Below, in pieces: positions 32,280-42,030 of a stretch of 64,000 nucleotides of DNA. A program made the translations under genes and the position numbers. Location: assembly GCA_044223005.1 (NCBI GenBank), contig JBGAML010000003.1, positions 32,001-96,000 on the forward strand, in the 5' to 3' direction. Position 1 is the stretch's first letter; the number at the start of each line of letters is the position of its first letter. Source of the stretch: Candidatus Eiseniibacteriota bacterium. GTDB lineage: Bacteria > Eisenbacteria > RBG-16-71-46. The notes beneath the pieces are model-generated. The model was not told where the DNA came from. It made no database searches and saw nothing but the letters and a program-made list of their open reading frames with translations.

Positions 32280-32933
32280 ATGCACCTCGTCGAGGCGTGG
32301 ACGCGGCTCGCACCGTGGGAATGGGTGCGCCTGCTCGCGCTGCCCATCGCGATCCTCGTCGCCGCGCTGCTGCCCGGGCGCCGCGTCTCCCGCGGCGCCG
32401 CGCTGGTGGCCGCGGTGGCGGTGACCGCGCTCGACGAGATGGGGGCGCCGCCGCTCGTGCGCGCGGGCTGGGTCGGGCTCTGGCTGCTGGTCGCGTGGCA
32501 GGCGGGCACGCCCGATGCGACGGCGGTCGCCGGCGGCCGGCGGCGCGGTGCGCTCGAGGCCGGCATGGTCGCGCTGCCGCTCGGCCTCGCGCTGCTCGCG
32601 CTCATGCTCGCCGCGCTCACGCGCCAGGGGTTTGCGCCCGCGGACGCGCGCCGCGCGGCGCTCGGCGCGCTCGTGATCGGCGCGGGCGTGCTGCACCTCA
32701 TGCTGCGGCGCCACGCCCGGCGCGCGCTGGTGGCCTTCGCCTCGCTCGGGCTGGGACTCGAGTTGCTCGGCGCTTCGGCGCGGGCCGCCGACGTGCTGCA
32801 CGTCGGGCCGCCGGCCGGCAGCGCGCTCGCGGGGGCACTCGTCGTGATCGCGCTCACCACGCGCATCGTCGCCGCGCGCGAGCAGCACGCCGGCTCGCCG
32901 CTCGTCACCGACGCGCACGAGCTGCACGATTGA
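32280..32933 (+). CDS. Membrane protein, degenerate HyfE/NuoK-like
   Basis: 217 aa, multiple TM; G...LMLRRH and C-terminal GS..V.D.HELHD echo NuoK LVIRRN ... NIDSVSEMRG. Confidence 0.55.
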   Translation: MHLVEAWTRLAPWEWVRLLALPIAILVAALLPGRRVSRGAALVAAVAVTALDEMGAPPLVRAGWVGLWLLVAWQAGTPDATAVAGGRRRGALEAGMVALPLGLALLALMLAALTRQGFAPADARRAALGALVIGAGVLHLMLRRHARRALVAFASLGLGLELLGASARAADVLHVGPPAGSALAGALVVIALTTRIVAAREQHAGSPLVTDAHELHD

Positions 32934-32940
32934 GGCGCGC

Positions 32941-34353
32941 ATGAACCGCACTCCGCCCCGCACGACGGACGTCCTTCCCGGCGCGATCGCGCTCGCCCTC
33001 GCGCTCGTGCTGCTCGCGGCGCCCGGCCTGCTGCGCGCCGCGCTCGGGGCCGAGCTCGTGGCGGCCGCATTCTGGCTGTGGTCGCGGCTCGGCGACGACC
33101 GGCGCGAACAGCTCGCGCGCTGGGGCTGGCTGCGGCGGCCCGCGACCGCGCTGTGGCTGGCCGCGGCGCTCTCGCTCGCGCTGCCCGTGCCGCGGTTCCG
33201 CTCGTTCGAGGTGCCGCCGGACGCGACCGTGGTGGGCCCGCAGCTCGCGCCCTCGCCCGTGGCCGAAGCGCGCGATCCGCTGGCGCCACTGCGCGCCGCG
33301 CAGGCGCTCGCCGTGCTGTGGGCGGGCCTCGAACTGCTCGCGGCGCTGCCGCTGTCGCGCCCGTACCCGGACCTCACCGGGCCGCTGCCCAACGCCGGCG
33401 CGTGGCTGCCGGCGGCACTGCCGGCCGCGGGCTTCCTCGTGCTCTGGCGGCAGGCCGACGTGTGGACGAGCGCGCCCTGGCTGCGCGAGGTCGCCGAGGT
33501 CGCGCTGCTGCTGGCCGCCGCGCTCGCGGTGCTGCGCGCGTACACGCGGCGCAGCTGGACCGCGTCGCTGCGCTGGCTCGCCGTGTTCGACTCGGCGATC
33601 GCCGGGCTCGTCGTGGCGACCGACGCGGTGCCGCGCGAGGTCGCGTTCCTGCTCTGGTTCGCGGCCGCGGGCGGACGGCTGCTCGCGCTCGCGGCCGAAA
33701 TCCGCGGCGCCGCCGGTAGGCGCGGACCGCGGCTCGCGTCGCTCTGGCGTGCCGCCGGCTGGACGGCCGGCGCGGCGCTCGCGTGGCCGCTCCTCGCGCG
33801 CGTCGGTTTCGCGGACGGCCGCACGTACCCGATCCCGTTCGTGCTCGTGGGCGCACCCGTCTACCTCGCCGCGAGCCTGTCGCTGCGGCGGCTCGTCGAG
33901 GTGCCCGAGCGCCGCGCGCTCGCGCGGCCCGATCCCGCGCGCGTCGCCAGCGTCGGGGCCGCGATCGTCACGCTCGCGCTCGGACCCGTCGCGCTCGTGC
34001 TCGCGTGGTGGATCGGCTGGGAGATCTCGTTCCCGTCGGGGCTCGTGGCCCTCATGCCCATGCTGCTCGCGCTCGTCCCGCGCCGGCCGGCGCCGGCCGA
34101 TGCGGACGCTTCCGCCCACGCACCCGCCGTCGTCCGCGCGTCGATCGCGGCCGGCGCCACCGCGCGCGACTTCGCGCTGCGCGTCTTCCGTTCCGTGACC
34201 GCCGCCGAGCGCGGCGTCGCCGCCGTGGTGGGCGGCCTGCTGCGCGTGCTCGGCGCGCCGCTGCGTGACCTGCACACGGGCGACGCGCAGGAGTACCTCC
34301 TCTTCCTGGTCGGCGTGGCCGTGCTCGCGCTGCTGCTGCCCCTGCTCCGATGA
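32941..34353 (+). CDS. Membrane protein, degenerate NuoL/HyfB/MrpA-like antiporter-type subunit
   Basis: LGAELV (TM5 Glu-like), ALPL...PD, amphipathic helix ending LRDLHTGDAQEYL plus a final TM helix. Confidence 0.55.
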   Translation: MNRTPPRTTDVLPGAIALALALVLLAAPGLLRAALGAELVAAAFWLWSRLGDDRREQLARWGWLRRPATALWLAAALSLALPVPRFRSFEVPPDATVVGPQLAPSPVAEARDPLAPLRAAQALAVLWAGLELLAALPLSRPYPDLTGPLPNAGAWLPAALPAAGFLVLWRQADVWTSAPWLREVAEVALLLAAALAVLRAYTRRSWTASLRWLAVFDSAIAGLVVATDAVPREVAFLLWFAAAGGRLLALAAEIRGAAGRRGPRLASLWRAAGWTAGAALAWPLLARVGFADGRTYPIPFVLVGAPVYLAASLSLRRLVEVPERRALARPDPARVASVGAAIVTLALGPVALVLAWWIGWEISFPSGLVALMPMLLALVPRRPAPADADASAHAPAVVRASIAAGATARDFALRVFRSVTAAERGVAAVVGGLLRVLGAPLRDLHTGDAQEYLLFLVGVAVLALLLPLLR

Positions 34354-35543
34354 TCCCCGTCGCCACGCCACTGCTCGCGTTCGTCGCGCTCGCCGGTGCG
34401 CTCATGCTGCGCTCGACGCTCGTGCGGCGCCCGGATGCCGCGGGCGTCGCCACCGCGCTGCTCGACCTGCTCGCGCTCATTCCCTTCGCGTGGCTCGTCG
34501 CGACGCCCGGTGCGATCACGCTGCCGCGCGCCGGGCTCGCCGCGGCGCTCGCGGCCGCCGTGCTGGCGCGCGACCGCGGCGATCTCGCGCAGGGGGAATG
34601 CGCGCTCAAGCTGACCTGGACGTTCGCGGTCGCGCTCGCGCTGACGTGGGCCGGCGAGTCGCTGCTCGCGATCGCCGCGGGCAGCGCGGTGCCGCGCGAA
34701 CAGTGGCCCGCGCTCGCGCTCGAACTGGACCCGTACGCGCTCTGGACCTCGGCGCTCACGCTGACGCTGCTCGCGGGCGTCGTGCTGCTGGGCGGCGCGC
34801 CGTTCCATTTCTGGGTCGCGGACCTGCTGCAGGGCGCGCGCGCGTGGCTCGCCCCGCTGCTCGTCGCCGCGCTGCAGGTGGCGGGCGCCGCGCTGCTCGC
34901 GCACCGGCTCGAGGGCATCGGTGCGTTCGCGCCCGGCGCCATGCTCGTGCGCGGCACGCTCGCGCTCGCGGCGGGGCTGGCGCTGCTGGGCGGTGCGGCG
35001 ACGCTGGCGGGGCAGCGGCGGCCCGAGCGCCGCGTGGGCACGCTCGCGAGCCTGCAGGGCGCGCTCGTGCTCGCGTCGCTGGCCGCCGATCCCGAACGCG
35101 GCGTGCTCGTCCAGTCGAGCACCGCGCTCTCGCTCTGGGCCGCGCATCTCGCGCTCGCGCTCACCGGCGCCGGCGCGCTCGCGCGCTTCATGCCGGTCGA
35201 CCCTACGCCCGACGCGCCCGCGGCGGCGCTCTTCCGGCGCCACCCGTGGTCGGCGGCGGTCGGCGCCTACGCGCTGCTGTCGCTCGCCGGCGTGCCCGGC
35301 ACGCCCGGTGCACGGCTGTGGCTCGCGGTCGCGCGCATGCTCGCCGCGACGCGACATCCCGTGCTGCTCGCGGCGCTCGCGCTCGCCTGGCTCGTCGCGT
35401 TCGCCGTCACCGCCGACGCCGTGCGGCGCTCGTTCGGTTCGCCGTCCGCCGAGCCACCGGCGGCGCGGCCGGTCCCGTGGATCGCTCGCGCGGCGCTGTG
35501 GACCGCGACCGTGGGACTCGCGCTGCTGTTCGTGCCGCGCTGA
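34350..35543 (+). CDS. Membrane protein, degenerate NuoN/MrpD-like antiporter-type subunit
   Basis: ECALK, APFHFWVADLLQGA, LFRRHPW, LLSLAGVPGTPG; ATGA-coupled to the previous gene. Confidence 0.75.
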   Translation: MIPVATPLLAFVALAGALMLRSTLVRRPDAAGVATALLDLLALIPFAWLVATPGAITLPRAGLAAALAAAVLARDRGDLAQGECALKLTWTFAVALALTWAGESLLAIAAGSAVPREQWPALALELDPYALWTSALTLTLLAGVVLLGGAPFHFWVADLLQGARAWLAPLLVAALQVAGAALLAHRLEGIGAFAPGAMLVRGTLALAAGLALLGGAATLAGQRRPERRVGTLASLQGALVLASLAADPERGVLVQSSTALSLWAAHLALALTGAGALARFMPVDPTPDAPAAALFRRHPWSAAVGAYALLSLAGVPGTPGARLWLAVARMLAATRHPVLLAALALAWLVAFAVTADAVRRSFGSPSAEPPAARPVPWIARAALWTATVGLALLFVPR

Positions 35544-35544
35544 C

Positions 35545-36081
35545 TCAGCCGGCGGCCAGCGCCCGGCGCACGCCCTCGAGGTGATGGCGGTCGTGCGCGT
35601 GGCAGAAGAACAGCATCTCGCGCGCCGTGAGCGGGCCCATCACCGGGTGCGGGATCGCGCGCGCGTCCCACTCCGCCTCGCTCCACGTCGCGGCCGCCTC
35701 GCGCATGCGCCGGTCCGCATCGACGAACCCCGCGACCGCGGCGTCGCGGCCGGCGGCCGGATCGACCGACGGCGTCATCGGGTTGTTGGCGAGGAACGCC
35801 GGCGGCGCCGTCGCGAGCGCGGCGAGGTACGCCTCACGCACGGCGTCGTACGGTCGCGACGCGCCGGTCGGGTGCGCGGGCATCGCGGCGCCGACGCGGA
35901 ACGCCTTGCCGATCCGGGCGTGCGCGATCTGCAGGTGGCCGAGGTGATGCGCGGGGCCCCAGTGGGCCGCGTCGCCGGAGAAGAAGCGCGTGTCGGGAAT
36001 CGCGGCGAAGAACGCCGCGAGTTCGTCCGCCATCGCCGCGAGCGCGGCGAGCGTGTCGGGCTGCGAATGGGGAAGGGCCAT
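35545..36081 (-). CDS. DinB-family protein
   Basis: WGPAHHLGHL, HPVMGPLTAREML, HDRHH. Confidence 0.85.
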   Translation of the reverse strand: MALPHSQPDTLAALAAMADELAAFFAAIPDTRFFSGDAAHWGPAHHLGHLQIAHARIGKAFRVGAAMPAHPTGASRPYDAVREAYLAALATAPPAFLANNPMTPSVDPAAGRDAAVAGFVDADRRMREAAATWSEAEWDARAIPHPVMGPLTAREMLFFCHAHDRHHLEGVRRALAAG

Positions 36082-36129
36082 GGGCGCGCAGGCTAGCCGA
36101 TCTCGAGCCGCCCGCGCAGCGGAGAAAAC

Positions 36130-36163
36130 ACCGCCGGCCCGCGCGGGTGCGCGGGCCGGCGGT
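36130..36163 (-). terminator. Intrinsic terminator of the ArsR-SRPBCC-DUF1579 operon
   Basis: 15-bp stem with 4-nt loop followed by GTTTTCT on the minus strand. Confidence 0.7.
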
Positions 36164-36175
36164 CGCTCGGAGGCG

Positions 36176-36781
36176 CTACTTCGCGCGCGTGTAGTCGATG
36201 CGCAGCGGGCGATAGTTGGAGCCGTCGGGCGCCTTCGTGTTCATCTCGAAACCGCACGTGTCGCCCGCGGGCAGTTCGAGCACGACGCGCATCGGTACCG
36301 CCGAGAGCCCCGCCATCGGGATGTCCATGGGCACGTCGAACGTGATCACGCGCCCGCTCGAGTCCGGGACGCCGTAGCCGAACAGCGGCTGCGAGTCCGC
36401 TTCCTGCACGAACAGCATCGTGTACTTCGCCTTCACGCGGTCGAAGCCGTAGATCGCGAGGCCCTTGATGCGCGTCTCGCCCATCACCAGTTCGGTCTCG
36501 CCCGAGATCCACATGCCGTTCAGGATCGCGCGGAACTCGGCCGTGCCGGGGATGTCGACCGGCTTCGCGCCCGGTGCGTGGGCGACGTGGTACACGCTGG
36601 TCCAGTGGCCCGCGAGCGTCGCGAGGCGGGCGTGCTCGGGGCCGGGTTTCGAATAGTCGACGGGTGCGTTCACGGCGGCGGTCTCCGGAGTGTGGGGTGG
36701 CGTCACCGGCTTCGCGGGTGCCGCCATGGCCGCCGCGGGAAGTGTGACCAGCAGGGTGAGCAGTGCGAACGTTCGGCGCAT
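36176..36781 (-). CDS. Secreted DUF1579-like protein
   Basis: Signal peptide; PGPEHARL..LAG.W, G..IYGFDR...KY. Confidence 0.75.
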   Translation of the reverse strand: MRRTFALLTLLVTLPAAAMAAPAKPVTPPHTPETAAVNAPVDYSKPGPEHARLATLAGHWTSVYHVAHAPGAKPVDIPGTAEFRAILNGMWISGETELVMGETRIKGLAIYGFDRVKAKYTMLFVQEADSQPLFGYGVPDSSGRVITFDVPMDIPMAGLSAVPMRVVLELPAGDTCGFEMNTKAPDGSNYRPLRIDYTRAK

Positions 36782-36797
36782 GAGGATCTCCCGGGGA

Positions 36798-37616
36798 TCA
36801 GGTGCGAGCGACGTCGGCGAACGCGCGCGCGAGCGCGTCGCGCCAGCGGGCCTCGATCGCACGCACCTCGGACTCCGCCGGCCCGTAGGCCGACAGCGTG
36901 AGCTTGACCATGCGTGCCCGGGGCGAGGGGTAGATCTCGGCCCAGAGGTGCGCATCATTCCAGTCGGCGATCGTGATGGCGAGATCCTTGGGCGGGTTCC
37001 AGACCTGGATCTCGCCGCGGAGCCGATCGCCGTCCGCGGTGACCAGGTCGATCCGGCCGCCCTCGCGGGCGTTCGCGAGCGAACCTTCCCGCGCGAACAG
37101 CGCGGGAGAGAAGACGCGCGACCACGCCTCCTCGACCGGCAGGTCCACCTTCACGTCGGCGTACGCGACGCGCCGGTCGGCGCCGCGATGGCGCGCGAAC
37201 GTCCACGCGAGCTGGCGCATGTAGACCGCCCAGCCGCGCGAGATCGAGTCGTACTCGCCGTCCCACGACGCGGCGGTGCCGAAGCCCGAGTTCACGACGC
37301 GCACGAGCGTCGAAGCGCCGCGCGACTCGAGCTCGAACTCCACCGCCAGTTCGACCGGCTGGCCGTCCTCTTCGCCGCGCGGCTCGACCCAGCGCATGCG
37401 CCGCCCCGGTTCGACGAGCGCGAGTGGGCCCGCGCCCTCCATGCCCGGGCCCCACGAGAGCCAGATCTCGCCGCCCGTGCGCGCGTCCACGCGCGCGTCG
37501 AACGGGAACCAGCGGCGCAGGCCCTCGCCGGTGGCGAACGCCTGCCACACTTCCTCGATCGGCGCGTCGATCGTCACCTCGACCCGCACCTCGCGGGTGC
37601 TGCGCTTGCCGCTCAT
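36798..37616 (-). CDS. Tandem SRPBCC (AHSA1-like) domain protein
   Basis: VTIDAPIEEVWQAF.T.EGLRRWF...GW; second copy VDLPVEEAW. Confidence 0.85.
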   Translation of the reverse strand: MSGKRSTREVRVEVTIDAPIEEVWQAFATGEGLRRWFPFDARVDARTGGEIWLSWGPGMEGAGPLALVEPGRRMRWVEPRGEEDGQPVELAVEFELESRGASTLVRVVNSGFGTAASWDGEYDSISRGWAVYMRQLAWTFARHRGADRRVAYADVKVDLPVEEAWSRVFSPALFAREGSLANAREGGRIDLVTADGDRLRGEIQVWNPPKDLAITIADWNDAHLWAEIYPSPRARMVKLTLSAYGPAESEVRAIEARWRDALARAFADVART

Positions 37617-38233
37617 CGGGGCTCCTTCGCGGCGGCGCCGGTGGCGCGCCGGGGTCGGGGATAGGCGCCCGCGACGAGCCGGAACGTCCGGCCGCCGGGG
37701 GCCTCGGGGGCGTGGTACTTCGCGACGAGCTTCGAGATCGTGCGCGTGAGTTCTTCCGCGAACGCGTGGCGCGAGGCCGCGTCGCGGAAACGGACCTCGG
37801 ACTGGACCGACATCGTCGCGAGCTTCTGGCCCGCGGCGTCGGCCTGCCGGCGCAGGCCGGCGATCTCGCGCACGACCTGCGCCGCCAGCGCAGCGAGGTA
37901 CGCGGACGAGAAGTGGTCGGTGATCTCTTCCGGATCCGGCGCGTCCGGACCGAACACGGAGGGGTCGATCACGTAGCGCGTCGCCCGGGCGCGCAGGATG
38001 CGCTCGGTGCAATTGCCCTTGCGGCGCTCCTCGACGAGCTCGGCGAGCCCGGCGCGCTCCAGTTCGCGCAGGTGGTAGTTCACCTTCTGGCGGGGGAGCG
38101 AGAGCGTACGCGCCACAGCGGCTGCCGAGGCCCCCGACCCGAGCGCGTTCAGGATGCTCACGCGCATGGGCTTGAGCAGCCGTGCCGCAGCCTCGGGCCG
38201 GTCGACCAGTTGGATGTCACGGGCAGCGTGCAC
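37613..38233 (-). CDS. ArsR-like HTH transcriptional regulator
   Basis: P.RVSIL.AL...SAAAVAR.L.LPRQKVNYHLRELE.AGL; GTG start after GGAG. Confidence 0.88.
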   Translation of the reverse strand: MHAARDIQLVDRPEAAARLLKPMRVSILNALGSGASAAAVARTLSLPRQKVNYHLRELERAGLAELVEERRKGNCTERILRARATRYVIDPSVFGPDAPDPEEITDHFSSAYLAALAAQVVREIAGLRRQADAAGQKLATMSVQSEVRFRDAASRHAFAEELTRTISKLVAKYHAPEAPGGRTFRLVAGAYPRPRRATGAAAKEPR

Positions 38234-38275
38234 GGGGCTCCTCCGTTGCCGGGGCGGGATCGCCGCCGACGTCCC

Positions 38276-38325
38276 GAAGCATGGCATCCGACAAGTACAT
38301 AGGTCAAGACAAATATTATTGTCGG
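38276..38325 (-). promoter_or_regulatory. Promoter and operator of the ArsR-like operon
   Basis: AT-rich patch; GACAA-ATATTA-TTGTC palindrome (38308-38323); outer CCGACAA/TTGTCGG repeat; minus-strand TTGACC-N18-CATGCT. Confidence 0.65.
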
Positions 38326-38541
38326 CGCTCCGGGCCCCGATTCGACGGCCTTTCCCCGCTCGGCACCCCGGCCCGACGGCAAACCTGCCGACGCAATTCG
38401 CGACGGGAATTGCGACCGGCCATGCCGGCCCCGCCCGGAAGCACGGTCGCGACAGGTCCTCGCGTGAATCTCTTGTGGGAGCCATTTCCGGTCGAGGCAC
38501 AATCGAGATTCGCGCTCCATCCCGCGTCCCTCGGAGACCCC

Positions 38542-40662
38542 ATGAGCCGTATCCTCCTGGCCGTCCTGCTGCTCGCGAGTGCCGTCACCCCGGGCGTCGC
38601 CCAGATCCAGAACTACGCGCTGCGCCTCAACGATCCGCTGCTCCGGAACCAGTACGTTTCGGTGACCAGCAAGGCCGGACTCCAGGGCAACAGCGCCTAC
38701 ACCCTCGAGGCGTGGGTCTACCCGACGTCGTACGCGAACTACCTCACGATCGTCGGGAACGACTTCCTGCGCAGCTTCTGGCTGGGGCTCCATACGGACG
38801 GGCACGTGCTCTTCATCCCGACCGGCCTCAATTCGGTCGAGGGCGCGACCCTGATCCCGCTCCAGAAGTGGACGCACGTCGCCGTCACGTACGACGCGGT
38901 CGCGGGCGCGAAGATCTACGTCAACGGTTCGCTCGACGGATCGTTTCCCGGCATCACCGGGCCGCCGGGGACGAGCACCCGCCCCCTGTGCATCGGCGCG
39001 GATTCGACCGACTTCGGCCCCGACTACTTCTGGCGCGGGGCGCTCGACCAGGTGCGCATCTGGAACGTCGCGCGCACGCCGGCGGAGATCCTGCAGACCC
39101 AGTTCGCCGACCCGGGCAACAGCCACTTCCACGCGCCCGGGTATGCCGCCCTGGTCGCGGAATGGAACGGCGGCACCACTGCGGCGACGCCGCCGCAGGC
39201 GTTCGAGATCCAGGACGCCTATCCCGGGACCTTCGTGGCCGGGTCCGGAGACACGATCGGCACGGCCGTTTTCGGTTCGCCTCGGGCGCTGGCCACCGCG
39301 ATCGAGATGGGAGGCGTGGACGACTACTGCGACCTCGGCTTCGCCGGCACCTATCCGCACGGGTATTCGATCTCCGCGTGGATCGCGCCCTACGATTTCA
39401 CCCACGAGATGACGATCGTGGGCCGCGACCGCGCGAGCAGCTTCTGGTTCGGGATCACGCCGTCGAAGCAGCTGCGGCTCTACCCGAGCGGGGGCGGCGT
39501 GCCGCTGGACACGGGCCCGGTCGTGACCGCGAACCAGTGGCAGCACGTCGAGGCGACCTACGACGGCATCACCGCGAGGATCTACCGCAACGGCACGCTG
39601 CTGCTCGCCAGCACGGCGGTCTCGGGCGCGGTCGGCGTGAATGGGAAGACCGCATGGGTCGGCGCCGACCACGCCTCGTCGACGCCGTCGCTCGCGTACC
39701 ACGGGCTGCTCGACCAGGTCCGCGTCCTGCGCGGAGCGGAGACGGCTCCCCAGATGCGCGAGAGCATGTACCAGGGGTTCGACTACGACCTCTTCGCGCT
39801 GATGGACCAGAGTGGCTTCTACCAGCTCCTCGACAACGCCCATTTCGGCGAACTCGATCACCACGACGTGTACGGCTCCTCGGCGCGCCTCGTCCCTTCA
39901 GGCGCGCCGTGCGTCGCGTCGACGGCTCCGCACGTCGAGTACGGCTCGGTGTCCGTGAACGGCGGACTCGGCAGCGTGCCCGAGGACACGAGTTTCACGT
40001 CGATCGGTACAGACCTGTTCGTGGCCAGCAGCGTCACGATCACCTCGATGACCGTGTTCGTCTGCGCCCCGCTCCAGGACCTCTCGACGACGACGGTCAC
40101 CCTGAAGTCCCCGGCGGCCACGACGATCTCGCTCCTCGCACCGGGAGCGACGCAGGGACGAAACCTGCGGACCGTGTTCACCGACGCCGCGACCGGCACG
40201 CTCGCGAACACGCCGGCACCGTTCGACGGAACGGTGAAGCCCTCCACGCCGCTCTCAGCGTTCAACGGCCAGAACGCGCACGGGACGTGGCGGCTCACGC
40301 TCACGGGGTCCGGCGTGCATCCCAAGGTCGGCCTGTCGGCCTGGGGCATCCGGTTCAACAACCTCGCCCTCGCCGCCGAGGGCCTCGCGACGCCGACGCA
40401 CGTCTCGCTCGCGAACCGCAGCGCGAACCCGTCGCGCGACGGCGGTACGCTGGAGTTCGCGCTGCCGCGGGACGGCGACGTGGACCTCTCGCTGTTCGAC
40501 GCCCAGGGGCGAAGGGTCGCAACGCTCTTCTCGGGCCGCAGCGACGCGGGCGTCACGCGGTTGCGCTGGAACGGCGCCTCGCTCGCTCCCGGGCTCTACC
40601 TCGCGCGGCTGCGCGTGGATGGTCACGCCGAAGCGACGGTGCGGCTCACGCTCATGCGGTGA
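38542..40662 (+). CDS. Secreted protein: two LamG-like domains, proprotein-convertase P-like domain, FlgD/T9SS-like C-terminus
   Basis: TLEAWV, WTHVAVTYD, G.LDQVRIW (twice); L.AFNGQ.A.GTWRL; ANP...F.LP..GDVDL.LFDAQGRRVATL...PGLYLARL. Confidence 0.85.
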   Translation: MSRILLAVLLLASAVTPGVAQIQNYALRLNDPLLRNQYVSVTSKAGLQGNSAYTLEAWVYPTSYANYLTIVGNDFLRSFWLGLHTDGHVLFIPTGLNSVEGATLIPLQKWTHVAVTYDAVAGAKIYVNGSLDGSFPGITGPPGTSTRPLCIGADSTDFGPDYFWRGALDQVRIWNVARTPAEILQTQFADPGNSHFHAPGYAALVAEWNGGTTAATPPQAFEIQDAYPGTFVAGSGDTIGTAVFGSPRALATAIEMGGVDDYCDLGFAGTYPHGYSISAWIAPYDFTHEMTIVGRDRASSFWFGITPSKQLRLYPSGGGVPLDTGPVVTANQWQHVEATYDGITARIYRNGTLLLASTAVSGAVGVNGKTAWVGADHASSTPSLAYHGLLDQVRVLRGAETAPQMRESMYQGFDYDLFALMDQSGFYQLLDNAHFGELDHHDVYGSSARLVPSGAPCVASTAPHVEYGSVSVNGGLGSVPEDTSFTSIGTDLFVASSVTITSMTVFVCAPLQDLSTTTVTLKSPAATTISLLAPGATQGRNLRTVFTDAATGTLANTPAPFDGTVKPSTPLSAFNGQNAHGTWRLTLTGSGVHPKVGLSAWGIRFNNLALAAEGLATPTHVSLANRSANPSRDGGTLEFALPRDGDVDLSLFDAQGRRVATLFSGRSDAGVTRLRWNGASLAPGLYLARLRVDGHAEATVRLTLMR

Positions 40663-40749
40663 GCCCTCGCGGTGCGCGATAGGCCCGCCCGCGATGACGC
40701 GAGCGGGCCTTCGCCGTCCGTGGTGCGGCGAGATCGCGGTCGTACGCGT

Positions 40750-41841
40750 TCAGCGCAGCAGCACTCCCGTCGCGTGCGACGCGAGGGTTTCCGCGCCGCC
40801 ACGCGGCCGCGCGCGGACGACGTAGCGGTACACGCCGGCTGGCGCCGGCCGGCCCTGGTCGTCGGCGCCGTCCCAGTGCAGGCGTACCGGGCCCGCGTTG
40901 CGCGCGCCGCTCGCGAGCGTTCGCACCCGGCGACCCAGCAGGTCCACCACCTGGACGTCGACGTCACCCGCGGCGGGCAGCGTGAACGACAGCTCGGCGG
41001 CCCCGCGCGCCGGGTTCGGGGCGACCGAGGCCCGCAGCGCTGGCGCGGCCGCGGGGCGCGGTGCATCGAGCGTCAGGCCCGTGAAGAGAGACGAGACTTC
41101 GCTCGCCGAGAGGGTGCCGCGATAGATGCGAACGTCGTCGATCGCGCCTTTGAAGAAGCGGTCGGGAACACCCCAGCCGACGATGTTCTCGTAGCCGACG
41201 GTGAGCGGGATCGCGGCGACGTTCGGCAGGCCCGTGAACCCCGGGATGCTGTCGGACGCGACCTTCGCGGCGTCGACGTAGAAGACCGCCCGATGCGTGG
41301 TGGAATCGTAGACGCCGGCCAGCAGGTGGAAGTTTCCGTCGAGGACGCTCGTGGTGCCCGAGAGCCGGAAGTTCTGGTTCAGCGCGTCCCGGAACTGGTA
41401 CACGGGGAGCCCGGCCGGATCCACGAACAGCGAGTAGACCTCGTTGTTCCCGCTGCCGCACGCCGAGACCGCGCCGCACTCGTACCACTGCACCACGTAC
41501 TGCGTCTGTCCGGTGCCGGGCGCCGACGGCGCGATCCACGCGGTGAGCGACCAGCTCGACGTGCCCGGCGCGAACCGCGCGTCCGGGGCGTGGATCAGGC
41601 CCGCGCCGAGGCCGTCGAACGCGGCGACCTTGCCGCCGTGTCCCACGGGAAAGGTCACGGCGCCGATCGGCGAGAGGTCGAGCGCGTGCCCCGAACTGTC
41701 GGCGCCGCTCCCCGAATCGAAGTTCCAGCGAGCCACCAGCGCGGGGTCGGCTTGCGCCCGGGCGGTCCCGAGAGCGAGGCAGGCGGCGAGCAGCAGGCCG
41801 GTGAGGGCGAGCGGCGGGGCGAGGCGGTGTGGGGCGGCCAT
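40750..41841 (-). CDS. Secreted LamG-like protein with FlgD-Ig C-terminal domain
   Basis: LVARWNFD, FKGAIDDVRIY, APNP...VDLLGRRVRTL...WDGADDQG..APAGVY. Confidence 0.85.
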   Translation of the reverse strand: MAAPHRLAPPLALTGLLLAACLALGTARAQADPALVARWNFDSGSGADSSGHALDLSPIGAVTFPVGHGGKVAAFDGLGAGLIHAPDARFAPGTSSWSLTAWIAPSAPGTGQTQYVVQWYECGAVSACGSGNNEVYSLFVDPAGLPVYQFRDALNQNFRLSGTTSVLDGNFHLLAGVYDSTTHRAVFYVDAAKVASDSIPGFTGLPNVAAIPLTVGYENIVGWGVPDRFFKGAIDDVRIYRGTLSASEVSSLFTGLTLDAPRPAAAPALRASVAPNPARGAAELSFTLPAAGDVDVQVVDLLGRRVRTLASGARNAGPVRLHWDGADDQGRPAPAGVYRYVVRARPRGGAETLASHATGVLLR

Positions 41842-42030
41842 GGCGGTTCTCCCGGGTGGGGCGACGAAGTGAGGTGGCATCGATGTGACACATGCCGGGG
41901 GGGCTTCGTCACACCCGGTGCCGGTTGACGAACACCCGCTCGGGAGGGCGGCCGTCTCGGCGTCTGGCGGCCACTTGGGTTACCTTGGCCGCATCGATCC
42001 CGGCCCCCCGGGGCCCGCCCGCCGAAGGAG

